The notes under the pieces are model-generated. The model was given only the letters and a program-made list of their open reading frames with translations, was not told the DNA's origin and did not search any database. DNA of 64,000 bases from an uncultured Candidatus Saccharibacteria bacterium (GTDB lineage: Bacteria > Patescibacteriota > Doudnabacteria > UBA920): positions 70,041-134,040 of the forward strand of contig CAYTCJ010000003.1 of assembly GCA_964436545.1 (NCBI GenBank), read 5' to 3'. This document shows, in pieces, positions 1 to 8,452 of the stretch. The position numbers were made by a program, and so were the translations under genes. The stretch's first letter is position 1, and each line of letters starts with the position of its first letter.

Positions 1-3
1 GCT

Positions 4-3000
4 GTGCCTGAAAGTATTATTCAGCAGATTGAAGCCATTCCCGAAGGACAAGCCAAAGAAGACCACCGCACTCCGGCTCCCACCGGACCAACTATTCCGG
101 AGCAAGGTTACCAAGTGTATGACAATGTGAATGGTCGGCAAGCGTATGTGGAAGGTTATGGTATTGTGACCATTGCCCCTAACGGCACGGTAACTTCCCA
201 AACCGGCAATCCGGCCAATATTCCTGCCGAGGTAATTACCGCCATGCGTAATTCCACTTTAGTTACGACTCAAGACGGGGCGACGCGCACGCAAAATGGC
301 CAAGCGCAAGTTTATAGAAATGGCGCGTGGACAGCAGTCAATCCGGGCGCGGGTAATGGCGGAGGTACACAAACTCCGGCTCCTGTTGCCGGCAGTAGTA
401 GTCCTATGCTTACTTCCGGAATTTCCAACAATCCTTTAAGTTTTGGGGTGGTGGGTCAGCCTTGGACATTAACCATTTCCGGCAATCGGGGTGAGTCAGT
501 TTATATTGTGGGCGGAATGAATGGCCAAACTACCCGAACTTTACTCGGCACCATTGGGAATGATGGGAAATTGGTAATCAGCGGAGTGTTTGGCGAGGGT
601 GAGGTGGGTAATTGGCAAGAGCAGTATGTAGTGGTGAGAAACGGGAGAGATGTATCGGTGGGTAATGCAAGTTTTACCGTGTATTCATCTCCCACTGCCA
701 TGCCTTCCACTAATCCGATTAATGGTTCTACAGCTACGGTAGATGGTGTCACATGGGTGGCTAGAAATAATCAGTGGCAAAGAAGCACAGAGCCTCAAAG
801 GCCTACCAGTGCACCGGTAAATACCCCAACTGGTGTATTGTCTACCGCTAATGGCCAACCTTTAACTACCGGAGCTGTTGGTCAAAATTGGCGATTGGTA
901 ATTCGCGGAAATCCGAATGAACAGGTTTATATTGTGGGAGGAATGAATGGCCAAACTACCCGAACTTTACTGGGCACCATTGGTGGAAATAATGAGCTGG
1001 TCGTTACCGGCACCTTTTCGGAAAGTGAAGTGGGTGATTGGAATGAAAGATATGTAATTGTTAGAAATGGGCAAGATGTATCTGCTGGTAGCGCAACTTT
1101 TAGAGTTCAAGGCGTTCAAACCGGCACACCGAGCGAACTTGGAATTACGCCCACTCCCGGCGCTACGGCTACGGTGGGCGGGGTGACTTGGACAGTGCAA
1201 GATGGACAGTGGGTGAGAGCAACTACTGCTAACGGAGGTATTAGTAGTACCGGGGTGTTTTCCGGTCAAGCTCCGGTGGGGGCCAATGGCCAGCTGTTAC
1301 CCGGCTGGACTGTAAGCGGTAACCGTTATTACAACACGCAAACCGGCGTATTTTCTAATCGTGACGGCAGTATTCAAGCCCGCACCGGTAATGAATGGGG
1401 CGATGGCATGCTTCGGGCCTCGGTGAGATCCTTAAACTTAACTTATTACGATACCAACCAAGCTCTTACCACAGCGGTAGATAACGGTGGCGGTGGGTTT
1501 AACATTGTGCCGTATAATCCGGCTTGGGGGAGTCAAGACAACTATAGCTTTATTACTTACGAAGGCGCTCAGCAAGTTTTAGCATGGCTGAATGCCAATG
1601 GTATCACGGGCGGACAAATTGTAACCGGACCGGTGTATAACCGTAATGCGCCGGAGTATATGATCCATTTTTCCAATGGCACATCTTTAAATGCGGGGTT
1701 AGTGGGGCAGGCCATTATGCGAGAAGGTTATAACGCAATAGATAATTTACAAGCCGAAGCCAGCAGGCCTGGAACTGATAGGTTGGGAGTTAATGTGCAA
1801 GTTGCCACCGGCACGCCCAGAGATTTATTTGCACCCAGTGGGGGGGCGAATGCTCCGGTCAATGCCGGTTCTACCATTATTCAAAATTCCGTCGCGACTA
1901 ATGCCAACGGTCAAGTCCCCACGGCTTTAACCAATGCCACGGTGCAAGTGGGGCAGAATTTATCTACCGCTTCTGCCACTGTCGTAGTAATAAGCAATAT
2001 CACTGCTCTTAATGAACAAGGTCAGAATGCGGGCAGTCGCTTGGGGCCGAATTATAAAATTGAAATCGGGGGGCAAGGCCTGAATGCTTATAATCGCTTT
2101 GAGTTAGTTATCAATAGCCAAATTTTTAATATCACGAGCGCGGTAATTAGTGAAAATAAAATCACTTTAACCGTGCCAAGTAATATTCCCGGCAGTTTTG
2201 TGAATGCGCCGACTCGCATTAAGTTAGGTTCGGCTAATTCGGCCATTACCCAAGGAATTTTGGGACCCATATTCTTTTATAGCGGTTCTGCGCCTGCCCC
2301 AACTACAGCCTCGGGAGTTAACAGTTCGGGTACTGGGGCTCGAAGTGGAACATCCACAGCGACCACAGCTAATGATGATGAAGATGATTTGGATTTGGAA
2401 GATGAAGATGACGATACCAACAGTTTTTGGAATAATTCAAACCGCACCGGTTCCGGAAGCGGGCCAACTAATCCGGCTACTACTAATACCAATAGTGTAA
2501 ATCGCACCAGTACTACTTCTTCTACCGTTACCGGTACTACAACTAATGCCGGTTCCACCGCTACCGCAGTGGCTAACGGGAACGCAGCCGCCGCTGCTGC
2601 AGCTGCTGCCGCTCGGGCAAATAGTTCAGCTGGGACAGGTACCACCAGCACTACCACGAGTAGAACCTCTACCACTTCCACAGCGGGCAGTGGTTCGGCC
2701 AGTAGTTTTTCCAGAGCGGGTAGTTCGGCTACGGCTGGGGTTACTAACAACGATGATTTGGATTTAGAAGAAGAGGAGGAAGATGATACCGCAGAAAGTT
2801 TTTGGAATAATTTAAACCGCACCGGTTCCGGAAGTGGTTCCGGCTCTGGAGGTACGGGCAGTCGGACAGGTACCGGAGGTACGGGATCTGGTTCGGGAGC
2901 AACTGGCGCAGGGAGTGGAGCTGTGGGGAGTGGAGCCGGAGTAGGCACAGGCTCTGGAGCCACGGGTAGTGGAGCCACTGGAGGAGCAGGTGCCGGTGGT

Positions 3001-3636
3001 GGAGGCGGAACAGGGAGTGGAAGTACAGGTGGAGGGGCTGGGAGTGGAGCCACGGGTGGGGGAAGTGGATCAGGAGCAGGGGTTGGAACGACTACTACCA
3101 CAACTGATGCTACGCAAAATCAAACCATCACGCAACTTACCGCACAAATCGGTCAGCTAGAAGGGAAAATTACGGCTTTAACCAACCAGTTAAATGCGCC
3201 GAATCAAACCAGTGCCGATTTACAATCTGCCAGAAATGAAATTACCGGCTTAAGGCAACAAATTACCAATTTAACCAATTCCATCGCTCAATTACAGGCG
3301 AATCCGATAAGAGTGTTTGATTCAGGGATTACTATGCAAAGTGGTTTGCAATTTCCACAGGGCCTCCAGATGCCAGCCGGTTATCCGGCGAGCGGAGGAG
3401 CAGTAAATGCCGATGCCTATTGGAACAATTTAAACCAAGGTCAAGTGCAAAGCGCTAAAATTACTAAGGGGAGTTATACGGTTAAAAAAGGTGATTCATT
3501 GTGGAAAATTGCGAAGAAATATTATGGCGATGGCGCCAAGTGGCGAAAAATTTTAGAAGCCAATCCGGACTGTTTGGCCAGACGAGGGGATACCAAAACT
3601 TTGAAAGTCGGGTTTAATCTAGTCATTCCGGAATAA
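4..3636 (+). CDS. Large surface protein with C-terminal LysM domain (probably 5'-truncated by the window edge)
   Basis: C-terminal YTVKKGDSLWKIAKKYYGDGAKWRKILEAN is a LysM motif, preceded by a coiled coil, Gly/Ser/Thr linkers and two tandem beta-rich repeats. The frame is open from base 1. Confidence 0.85.
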   Translation: MPESIIQQIEAIPEGQAKEDHRTPAPTGPTIPEQGYQVYDNVNGRQAYVEGYGIVTIAPNGTVTSQTGNPANIPAEVITAMRNSTLVTTQDGATRTQNGQAQVYRNGAWTAVNPGAGNGGGTQTPAPVAGSSSPMLTSGISNNPLSFGVVGQPWTLTISGNRGESVYIVGGMNGQTTRTLLGTIGNDGKLVISGVFGEGEVGNWQEQYVVVRNGRDVSVGNASFTVYSSPTAMPSTNPINGSTATVDGVTWVARNNQWQRSTEPQRPTSAPVNTPTGVLSTANGQPLTTGAVGQNWRLVIRGNPNEQVYIVGGMNGQTTRTLLGTIGGNNELVVTGTFSESEVGDWNERYVIVRNGQDVSAGSATFRVQGVQTGTPSELGITPTPGATATVGGVTWTVQDGQWVRATTANGGISSTGVFSGQAPVGANGQLLPGWTVSGNRYYNTQTGVFSNRDGSIQARTGNEWGDGMLRASVRSLNLTYYDTNQALTTAVDNGGGGFNIVPYNPAWGSQDNYSFITYEGAQQVLAWLNANGITGGQIVTGPVYNRNAPEYMIHFSNGTSLNAGLVGQAIMREGYNAIDNLQAEASRPGTDRLGVNVQVATGTPRDLFAPSGGANAPVNAGSTIIQNSVATNANGQVPTALTNATVQVGQNLSTASATVVVISNITALNEQGQNAGSRLGPNYKIEIGGQGLNAYNRFELVINSQIFNITSAVISENKITLTVPSNIPGSFVNAPTRIKLGSANSAITQGILGPIFFYSGSAPAPTTASGVNSSGTGARSGTSTATTANDDEDDLDLEDEDDDTNSFWNNSNRTGSGSGPTNPATTNTNSVNRTSTTSSTVTGTTTNAGSTATAVANGNAAAAAAAAAARANSSAGTGTTSTTTSRTSTTSTAGSGSASSFSRAGSSATAGVTNNDDLDLEEEEEDDTAESFWNNLNRTGSGSGSGSGGTGSRTGTGGTGSGSGATGAGSGAVGSGAGVGTGSGATGSGATGGAGAGGGGGTGSGSTGGGAGSGATGGGSGSGAGVGTTTTTTDATQNQTITQLTAQIGQLEGKITALTNQLNAPNQTSADLQSARNEITGLRQQITNLTNSIAQLQANPIRVFDSGITMQSGLQFPQGLQMPAGYPASGGAVNADAYWNNLNQGQVQSAKITKGSYTVKKGDSLWKIAKKYYGDGAKWRKILEANPDCLARRGDTKTLKVGFNLVIPE

Positions 3637-3645
3637 TATTCGCAG

Positions 3646-3669
3646 ATCACTAATTACACAGATACACAG
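3646..3669 (+). repeat. Left inverted repeat flanking GxxExxY gene
   Basis: atcactaattacacagatacacag matches the reverse complement of 4109-4133 with 2 mismatches and 1 gap. Confidence 0.7.
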
Positions 3670-3686
3670 CTACAGACCAATAATTT

Positions 3687-4061
3687 ATGCCCGAAGTTTA
3701 TTTACATTCCGAAATAACAAAAAAGATTATTGGTGCGCTTTATGAGGTGTATAATGAGATTGGGTTTGGGTATCAAGAAAAATATTATTACCGAGCAATA
3801 AAAAATAGTTTAGTAGCTTTAGGATTTAAGGTTTCTGAACAACTTTTATCTAGAATAATTGTTGCTGATAAAATAATTGGACGGTATTATTTAGATTTTT
3901 TAGTAGATAATGCAGTTGTATTAGAACTTAAAGTAGCTGACCGTGTATATCATCAGCATATTAGGCAAGTATTGGGGTACTTAAAAGCAAATAATTTAAG
4001 AATTGGCATTATTGGAGTTTTTAGTCCGCAAGGTGTTATAATTAAAAGAGTAATTAATTAG
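3687..4061 (+). CDS. GxxExxY protein (PD-(D/E)XK nuclease superfamily)
   Basis: GFGYQEKYY signature; YYLDFLVDNAVVLELK and QVLGYLKA motifs. Confidence 0.92.
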   Translation: MPEVYLHSEITKKIIGALYEVYNEIGFGYQEKYYYRAIKNSLVALGFKVSEQLLSRIIVADKIIGRYYLDFLVDNAVVLELKVADRVYHQHIRQVLGYLKANNLRIGIIGVFSPQGVIIKRVIN

Positions 4062-4108
4062 TCTACAAAGCATCTGATAATACAAATACAAAAATAGCTT
4101 TAAGTAAT

Positions 4109-4133
4109 CTGTGTATTTGTGTTAATCAGTGAT
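4109..4133 (-). repeat. Right inverted repeat flanking GxxExxY gene
   Basis: ctgtgtatttgtgttaatcagtgat, an inverted copy of 3646-3669. Confidence 0.7.
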
Positions 4134-4148
4134 TAGTGGAAAACAACT

Positions 4149-4910
4149 ATGGAAAACGAACATCATCACACTCACTCTCATTCTAAAGAATTAACTTTGC
4201 CCATGAGCGTGCTACTCGCTTCAATTATTTTAGCCGGCGGTATGCTGGGGGCGAGTGCTTTAATGGCTCAAAATATAAAAACGGTTTTGGGCACCGTAGG
4301 CAAAACCAATACCATTACTTTGCCCACTAACCCCAGCCAGCCTTCTCAGCCTTCGGCTGTACCTTCTGCACCGGGCGGAGTTGTGAAGGTGGAAGCTCGC
4401 AAAGATGCGCCGGTTTTAGGTAAGGGCAAAGTGGAAATTGTAGAATTTTCCGATTTTCAATGTCCGTTTTGTCAGAAATTTTTTAACGATGCGTATAAGC
4501 AAATTAAAGCCAAATATGTAGATACGGGTAAAGCCAAAGTAGTGTTTAGGCATTATCCTTTAAGTTTTCACCAGAATGCGCAAAAAGCCGGGGAAGCTGC
4601 GGAATGCGCTAGCCGGCAAGGGAAGTTTTGGCCCTATCACGATGTGTTATTTCAAAAAGCTCAGGCCGATGGCAAAGGTTTGGAAGTGGAGAGTTTAAAA
4701 CAGTATGCTAAAGACTTGGGTTTAAATACAGGGAAGTTTAATACGTGTTTAGATAATGGCGAAACCGCGGGTATTGTGAGCGCTGATACCACCGCAGGTA
4801 ATAATGCCGGCGTGTCTGGCACACCTACTGTCTTTATTAATGGTCAAAAAGTGGTGGGCGCTCAACCTTTTTCTGCCTTTGAAAGTATTATTGAATCTGC
4901 CTTAAAATAA
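4149..4910 (+). CDS. Membrane-anchored DsbA-family thiol-disulfide oxidoreductase
   Basis: FSDFQCPFC active site, GVSGTPT cis-Pro loop, N-terminal TM helix. Confidence 0.93.
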   Translation: MENEHHHTHSHSKELTLPMSVLLASIILAGGMLGASALMAQNIKTVLGTVGKTNTITLPTNPSQPSQPSAVPSAPGGVVKVEARKDAPVLGKGKVEIVEFSDFQCPFCQKFFNDAYKQIKAKYVDTGKAKVVFRHYPLSFHQNAQKAGEAAECASRQGKFWPYHDVLFQKAQADGKGLEVESLKQYAKDLGLNTGKFNTCLDNGETAGIVSADTTAGNNAGVSGTPTVFINGQKVVGAQPFSAFESIIESALK

Positions 4911-4946
4911 AAGTTAGTTAAGTGTCCGGTGTAATTTAGACTAAAT

Positions 4947-5405
4947 ATGCAAACAATCGAAAAAAAAGTTTTATGGTTAGTGGGTTTAACCGCTGTGCTC
5001 GTGGTGGTGGTTTTAGGGGTAGTCAGGTGGCAAAATAATTTAAAACGTCAGGCCAATACGGTTTTGCCGGAAAGGTTTGCGTTTGAAAATAAAATTTTAC
5101 CCAAAAATTTTCCCGAAGATTTTCCGCAAGTGGATTTAAACCAGAAGACTTTGCAAAATGAGGAAGTGACTATTATGGGTAAAAAGCAAGCCAAACGCCA
5201 ATTTTTAAGTGAAAAATCTTTGCAGGAAAATTACACGCTCTACAAACAATATTTATTGGAAAAGCAATGGCAAATGGTGGCCGATGTAAACAATGACACT
5301 TTAAAAACTTTAATTGCGGAAAAAAATAACCAAAATTTTATTATTATTCTATCTACAGATCCGACAAGTCAGAAAGTTTTGGTTAACGCCACAGTGGAAT
5401 ATTAA
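4947..5405 (+). CDS. Hypothetical membrane-anchored protein
   Basis: 152-aa ORF with an N-terminal hydrophobic helix and LPKNFPEDFP; co-oriented with the DsbA gene. Confidence 0.75.
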   Translation: MQTIEKKVLWLVGLTAVLVVVVLGVVRWQNNLKRQANTVLPERFAFENKILPKNFPEDFPQVDLNQKTLQNEEVTIMGKKQAKRQFLSEKSLQENYTLYKQYLLEKQWQMVADVNNDTLKTLIAEKNNQNFIIILSTDPTSQKVLVNATVEY

Positions 5406-5418
5406 ACAATGACAAAAT

Positions 5419-5453
5419 AAAAACACCCTTTGCTTTATGCTCGGGGTGTTTTT
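5419..5453. terminator. Probable intrinsic terminator
   Basis: aaaaacaccc...gggtgttttt stem between convergent genes. Confidence 0.6.
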
Positions 5454-5744
5454 ATAATGTTTGATTTTTAGTAAATGAAGAATAATGCATTATTAATTAG
5501 GTTAATGGTCAAGGTTTTTTGGTTTAATATTTTAGACAATTTCTCACTTTTGTGGGTTTTTGTCTAAAGGAGTTTTTAAAAATCCAGTTTAATTATTTAA
5601 ATTAGGATTTTTTAAAGAGAGAAAGAGAGGCGGAAGCGGGAGGTGAGAAAGATGTGGTTCATCTATTCTACCTCCCGCCTACGGTTGGCGCCCACGCGGG
5701 GGTTGCCCGCGTGGGGCGAGAAAACGGGTTGGGGAGGGCTGTCA

Positions 5745-7832
5745 TTACGGCACCTCCCCTGGTTCTGGCGCCGGCTCAGGGGCCGGCTCGGGCTCGGGTG
5801 GCGGGGGTACAGCGATGTAGATTTGACTCCACTCGCTAACCAAACCCTCCCTGGCAACCCGAATCCAAATTTCCCCCGCCAGTAGGGGAAGTTTGGCCAC
5901 GACTTCTGTGCTCGTCGTGGTGAGCGTCTCAAGAGCCTCGGGGATAGCATCGCCGGCTTCCGAAAAGCCGGACAAAACTTCCACCGAGGAGCCGTCTAGG
6001 TTCTCACCGCAGAACCGAGCGAGTCCCCCAGGGACCAATCGCTCGGTTCCTTGCATCGGCATGACGGCGGAGGGTTCCCCCTCACACACAGTCAGCCGAG
6101 GTTTGGGAACCTCGACTGTAACGGGAAGCGGGCCGGCGGAGGCGCGATTACCGCGCGCACCGACCAATAACTGGAACTCGCCGTCCTCATTGGGACGGGA
6201 GGTGACGCACGTGTGGTCGTTTGCGACCCGCACGTCGTCCATCGAAGCGCTTCGGGCCAAGACCTGGTTGGTCTGGCCAAGCGTCCCAATGCCGATGCCC
6301 CAGCTGGCACCAGATTTGCCCCTGAAAGATAGGAACCATCCATCCGAGGGGGCCTCGGAGGTGGCGAAACAGGCATCCACCGTCTCACCGCGCATTATCT
6401 GCGGGCGAGACAGGGTGAACCCTGTTACGGTGATTGCGGGTGGGGGTAAAACCGTCAGCTGAGCCGGTTGGCTCCGGACTGACGTTTTTCCATCCGAGAC
6501 CCTGACTACGAACGTCAGGTTCCCGAGAGGGAAGTTTTTGCTCGAGCACACAAGCTCCGTAGAGCTCCGTGCCGAGCACGCGTCCACCGGCGCCCCCGCG
6601 CCGAGAACGAGGTCCGTCCGCAAGCCCCCTGGGAACCAGAGACTGTCACCAGTGATGGTGAAGTCCTGTCCCTGTTGGACCGTCGACGGGGCAACCGAAC
6701 TAACCCGTGGCGTTGAAAGGCGGAAGACCCGGGTAACGTTCCCGGACGGGGAGAAGTAAATCGCCCCGTTGTCGTCAATGGCGGTCGCGTGCCGCACGAA
6801 CGACGAAATCCGGACCCCGAGAACAATATCGCCCGTTTTTACGAGGCGACTAGTCCCGAGGTAGAGGGTGTCAAACTCTCGTGAGTCCAACATGAGCCCT
6901 CCTCCTTCCACCAGCAGTCCTGCGGAACTGGCCGCGCCCGGTTGGACCGGCATGGCACTAGCTGGAAAAATCAGCGAGGATAGACTACCCGTAGGTAGCA
7001 CCTCGTAGATTTCCAGATTGTCTCCCGCAGGGAAGACAAAAGCCCGTCCGAGGGCCGCAAAGAGAACCGATTCCCGCTGGGGCAGTCCCACGACTGCCTT
7101 CTCGCCAATGAAGGCCTTGCCTTGGCCATCGGTTGATACAAAAGCCCCGTTGGGCCCCAGTGGTGCCGCGTATAGCGGCGAAAAGCCAGATGGAATGGGC
7201 AAGTACTCGGACTTGCCATCCGCCGTGAGGCGGATGATTCGCCGCTGGCCAGCGGCGAATCCTTGCATTACCACAACGTCATCCCGCGAAGGGACAATGT
7301 CGGAAGCAAAGGTTCCGAACTGTCCATCAGTGGGACGTTCGAAAACCTTCACAACCGCCCCGTTGAGGGGGACGTAGTAAAGTGTTCCATTGCCAATTTT
7401 CGCCGGGTGCACGAATGCACCGACCTGGAAATTAGCAAACCAGAGAGCCTGATTCGTTAGGCGCAAGGACGCTGGGAAGGGCATCCAAAGCCCCCGCCCG
7501 TTGGTCGTCCACGCCCTTAAGAATAAGGGCTCCTTGGTGTCTAATTTACGCCAGACACCTTGGCGACCCACGAAGACGGCGTGGGCACCGGTTTGGAGCT
7601 CGCACGAAACAGCCAACCATTGGCCGTCCGGCGAGACCGAAAATTTGATAAGTGCCGGACGAAGGGGCAAGCCCTCCGCCGGTTGGAGGTTCCCGGCACA
7701 CTCGCCGGGTAGGGTGACTTCGCTAGCCACCCTCCCTCCGAAGATCTCCCCTGCCCATGCGGGGGAGAGGTGGGCGCTGACGATGGTAAGGACCACCGCC
7801 AGCGCCCAGCTGGTGATCCTTTCAAACCTCAT
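5745..7832 (-). CDS. GC-rich secreted protein with beta-propeller-like N-terminus and IPT/TIG-like Ig domains
   Basis: Signal peptide ending AWA; PRVSSVAPSTVQQGQDFTITGDSL IPT/TIG-like motif; Pro/Glu tail. Start moved from TTG 7844 to ATG 7832, which follows GGAGGT. Confidence 0.8.
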   Translation of the reverse strand: MRFERITSWALAVVLTIVSAHLSPAWAGEIFGGRVASEVTLPGECAGNLQPAEGLPLRPALIKFSVSPDGQWLAVSCELQTGAHAVFVGRQGVWRKLDTKEPLFLRAWTTNGRGLWMPFPASLRLTNQALWFANFQVGAFVHPAKIGNGTLYYVPLNGAVVKVFERPTDGQFGTFASDIVPSRDDVVVMQGFAAGQRRIIRLTADGKSEYLPIPSGFSPLYAAPLGPNGAFVSTDGQGKAFIGEKAVVGLPQRESVLFAALGRAFVFPAGDNLEIYEVLPTGSLSSLIFPASAMPVQPGAASSAGLLVEGGGLMLDSREFDTLYLGTSRLVKTGDIVLGVRISSFVRHATAIDDNGAIYFSPSGNVTRVFRLSTPRVSSVAPSTVQQGQDFTITGDSLWFPGGLRTDLVLGAGAPVDACSARSSTELVCSSKNFPLGNLTFVVRVSDGKTSVRSQPAQLTVLPPPAITVTGFTLSRPQIMRGETVDACFATSEAPSDGWFLSFRGKSGASWGIGIGTLGQTNQVLARSASMDDVRVANDHTCVTSRPNEDGEFQLLVGARGNRASAGPLPVTVEVPKPRLTVCEGEPSAVMPMQGTERLVPGGLARFCGENLDGSSVEVLSGFSEAGDAIPEALETLTTTSTEVVAKLPLLAGEIWIRVAREGLVSEWSQIYIAVPPPPEPEPAPEPAPEPGEVP

Positions 7833-7904
7833 AGCTACCTCCAAAGAAGAGCAGAATTAGAGAATAGAGAAAAGCGATTAGAGAAGAGGGGTAAGAGGCA
7901 GACA

Positions 7905-7939
7905 ACCTCTCCCTACCCTCTCCTCATAAGGAGAGGGGG
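7905..7939. repeat. Purine/pyrimidine hairpin repeat (CCCTCTCC...GGAGAGGG type)
   Basis: acctctccctaccctctcctcataaggagagggg; related copies at 15290, 29969, 40436 and 41030. Confidence 0.65.
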
Positions 7940-8052
7940 AAAAAAGAAAATACTATTCTCTTTGCACTTTTACACTACTCACTAGCTTTCTGCGCTTTTT
8001 TGGAGGCAGTATGAAGGCCTAACTACTAACTGATAATTGATAACTAATAACT

Positions 8053-8171
8053 TGGATTCCGTATTAATCCGCCAGATGGCGGACGGAATGACACGTTATA
8101 GTTATGGATTCCCTAAAAAAGTCATGGATTCCGGCTCCCACCAGAGGTTGGCAGGCATGGCCGGAATGACA
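8053..8171 (-). repeat. Cluster of GTCATTCC-type REP-like palindromes
   Basis: Two tggattcc...ggaatgaca units plus a partial one; the first contains a nested tccgccagatggcgga. Confidence 0.8.
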
Positions 8172-8291
8172 AAATTGGGGAAATGACAAATAAAAACCCG
8201 TTTATTGTATAAGTCCTCCGACTCAAACGCACCAAAATTACCATTTTTAGAGATGGTAAAAGAAGCGCGTTAATGTAAACGTGCTAAGCGT

Positions 8292-8320
8292 ATTATAAAA
8301 GATTTTTAAGAATTTGTCAA
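8292..8320 (-). promoter_or_regulatory. Consensus sigma70 promoter
   Basis: Minus strand reads TTGACA-17 nt-TATAAT exactly. Confidence 0.7.
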
Positions 8321-8452
8321 ATTTTAGAAAAATGTCAATAGTTGGTTATCCACAATTTTTTTAAAGCCGAAATTTGTGGTATAGTAAATGCAGTAATCAG
8401 TAACTGCTGGTTAAAAGTTGTTATTGAAAAAATTTAACCGGAAACAAATAAA

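Noticed and set aside
2277-3101. 274-aa Pro/Val-rich minus-strand ORF
   Set aside because: Antisense shadow of the Gly/Thr/Ser low-complexity linker of the LysM protein.
5643-7985. Many short overlapping ORFs in the GC-rich island
   Set aside because: High GC lowers stop frequency. All overlap the long minus-strand ORF, which has a signal peptide and SD.
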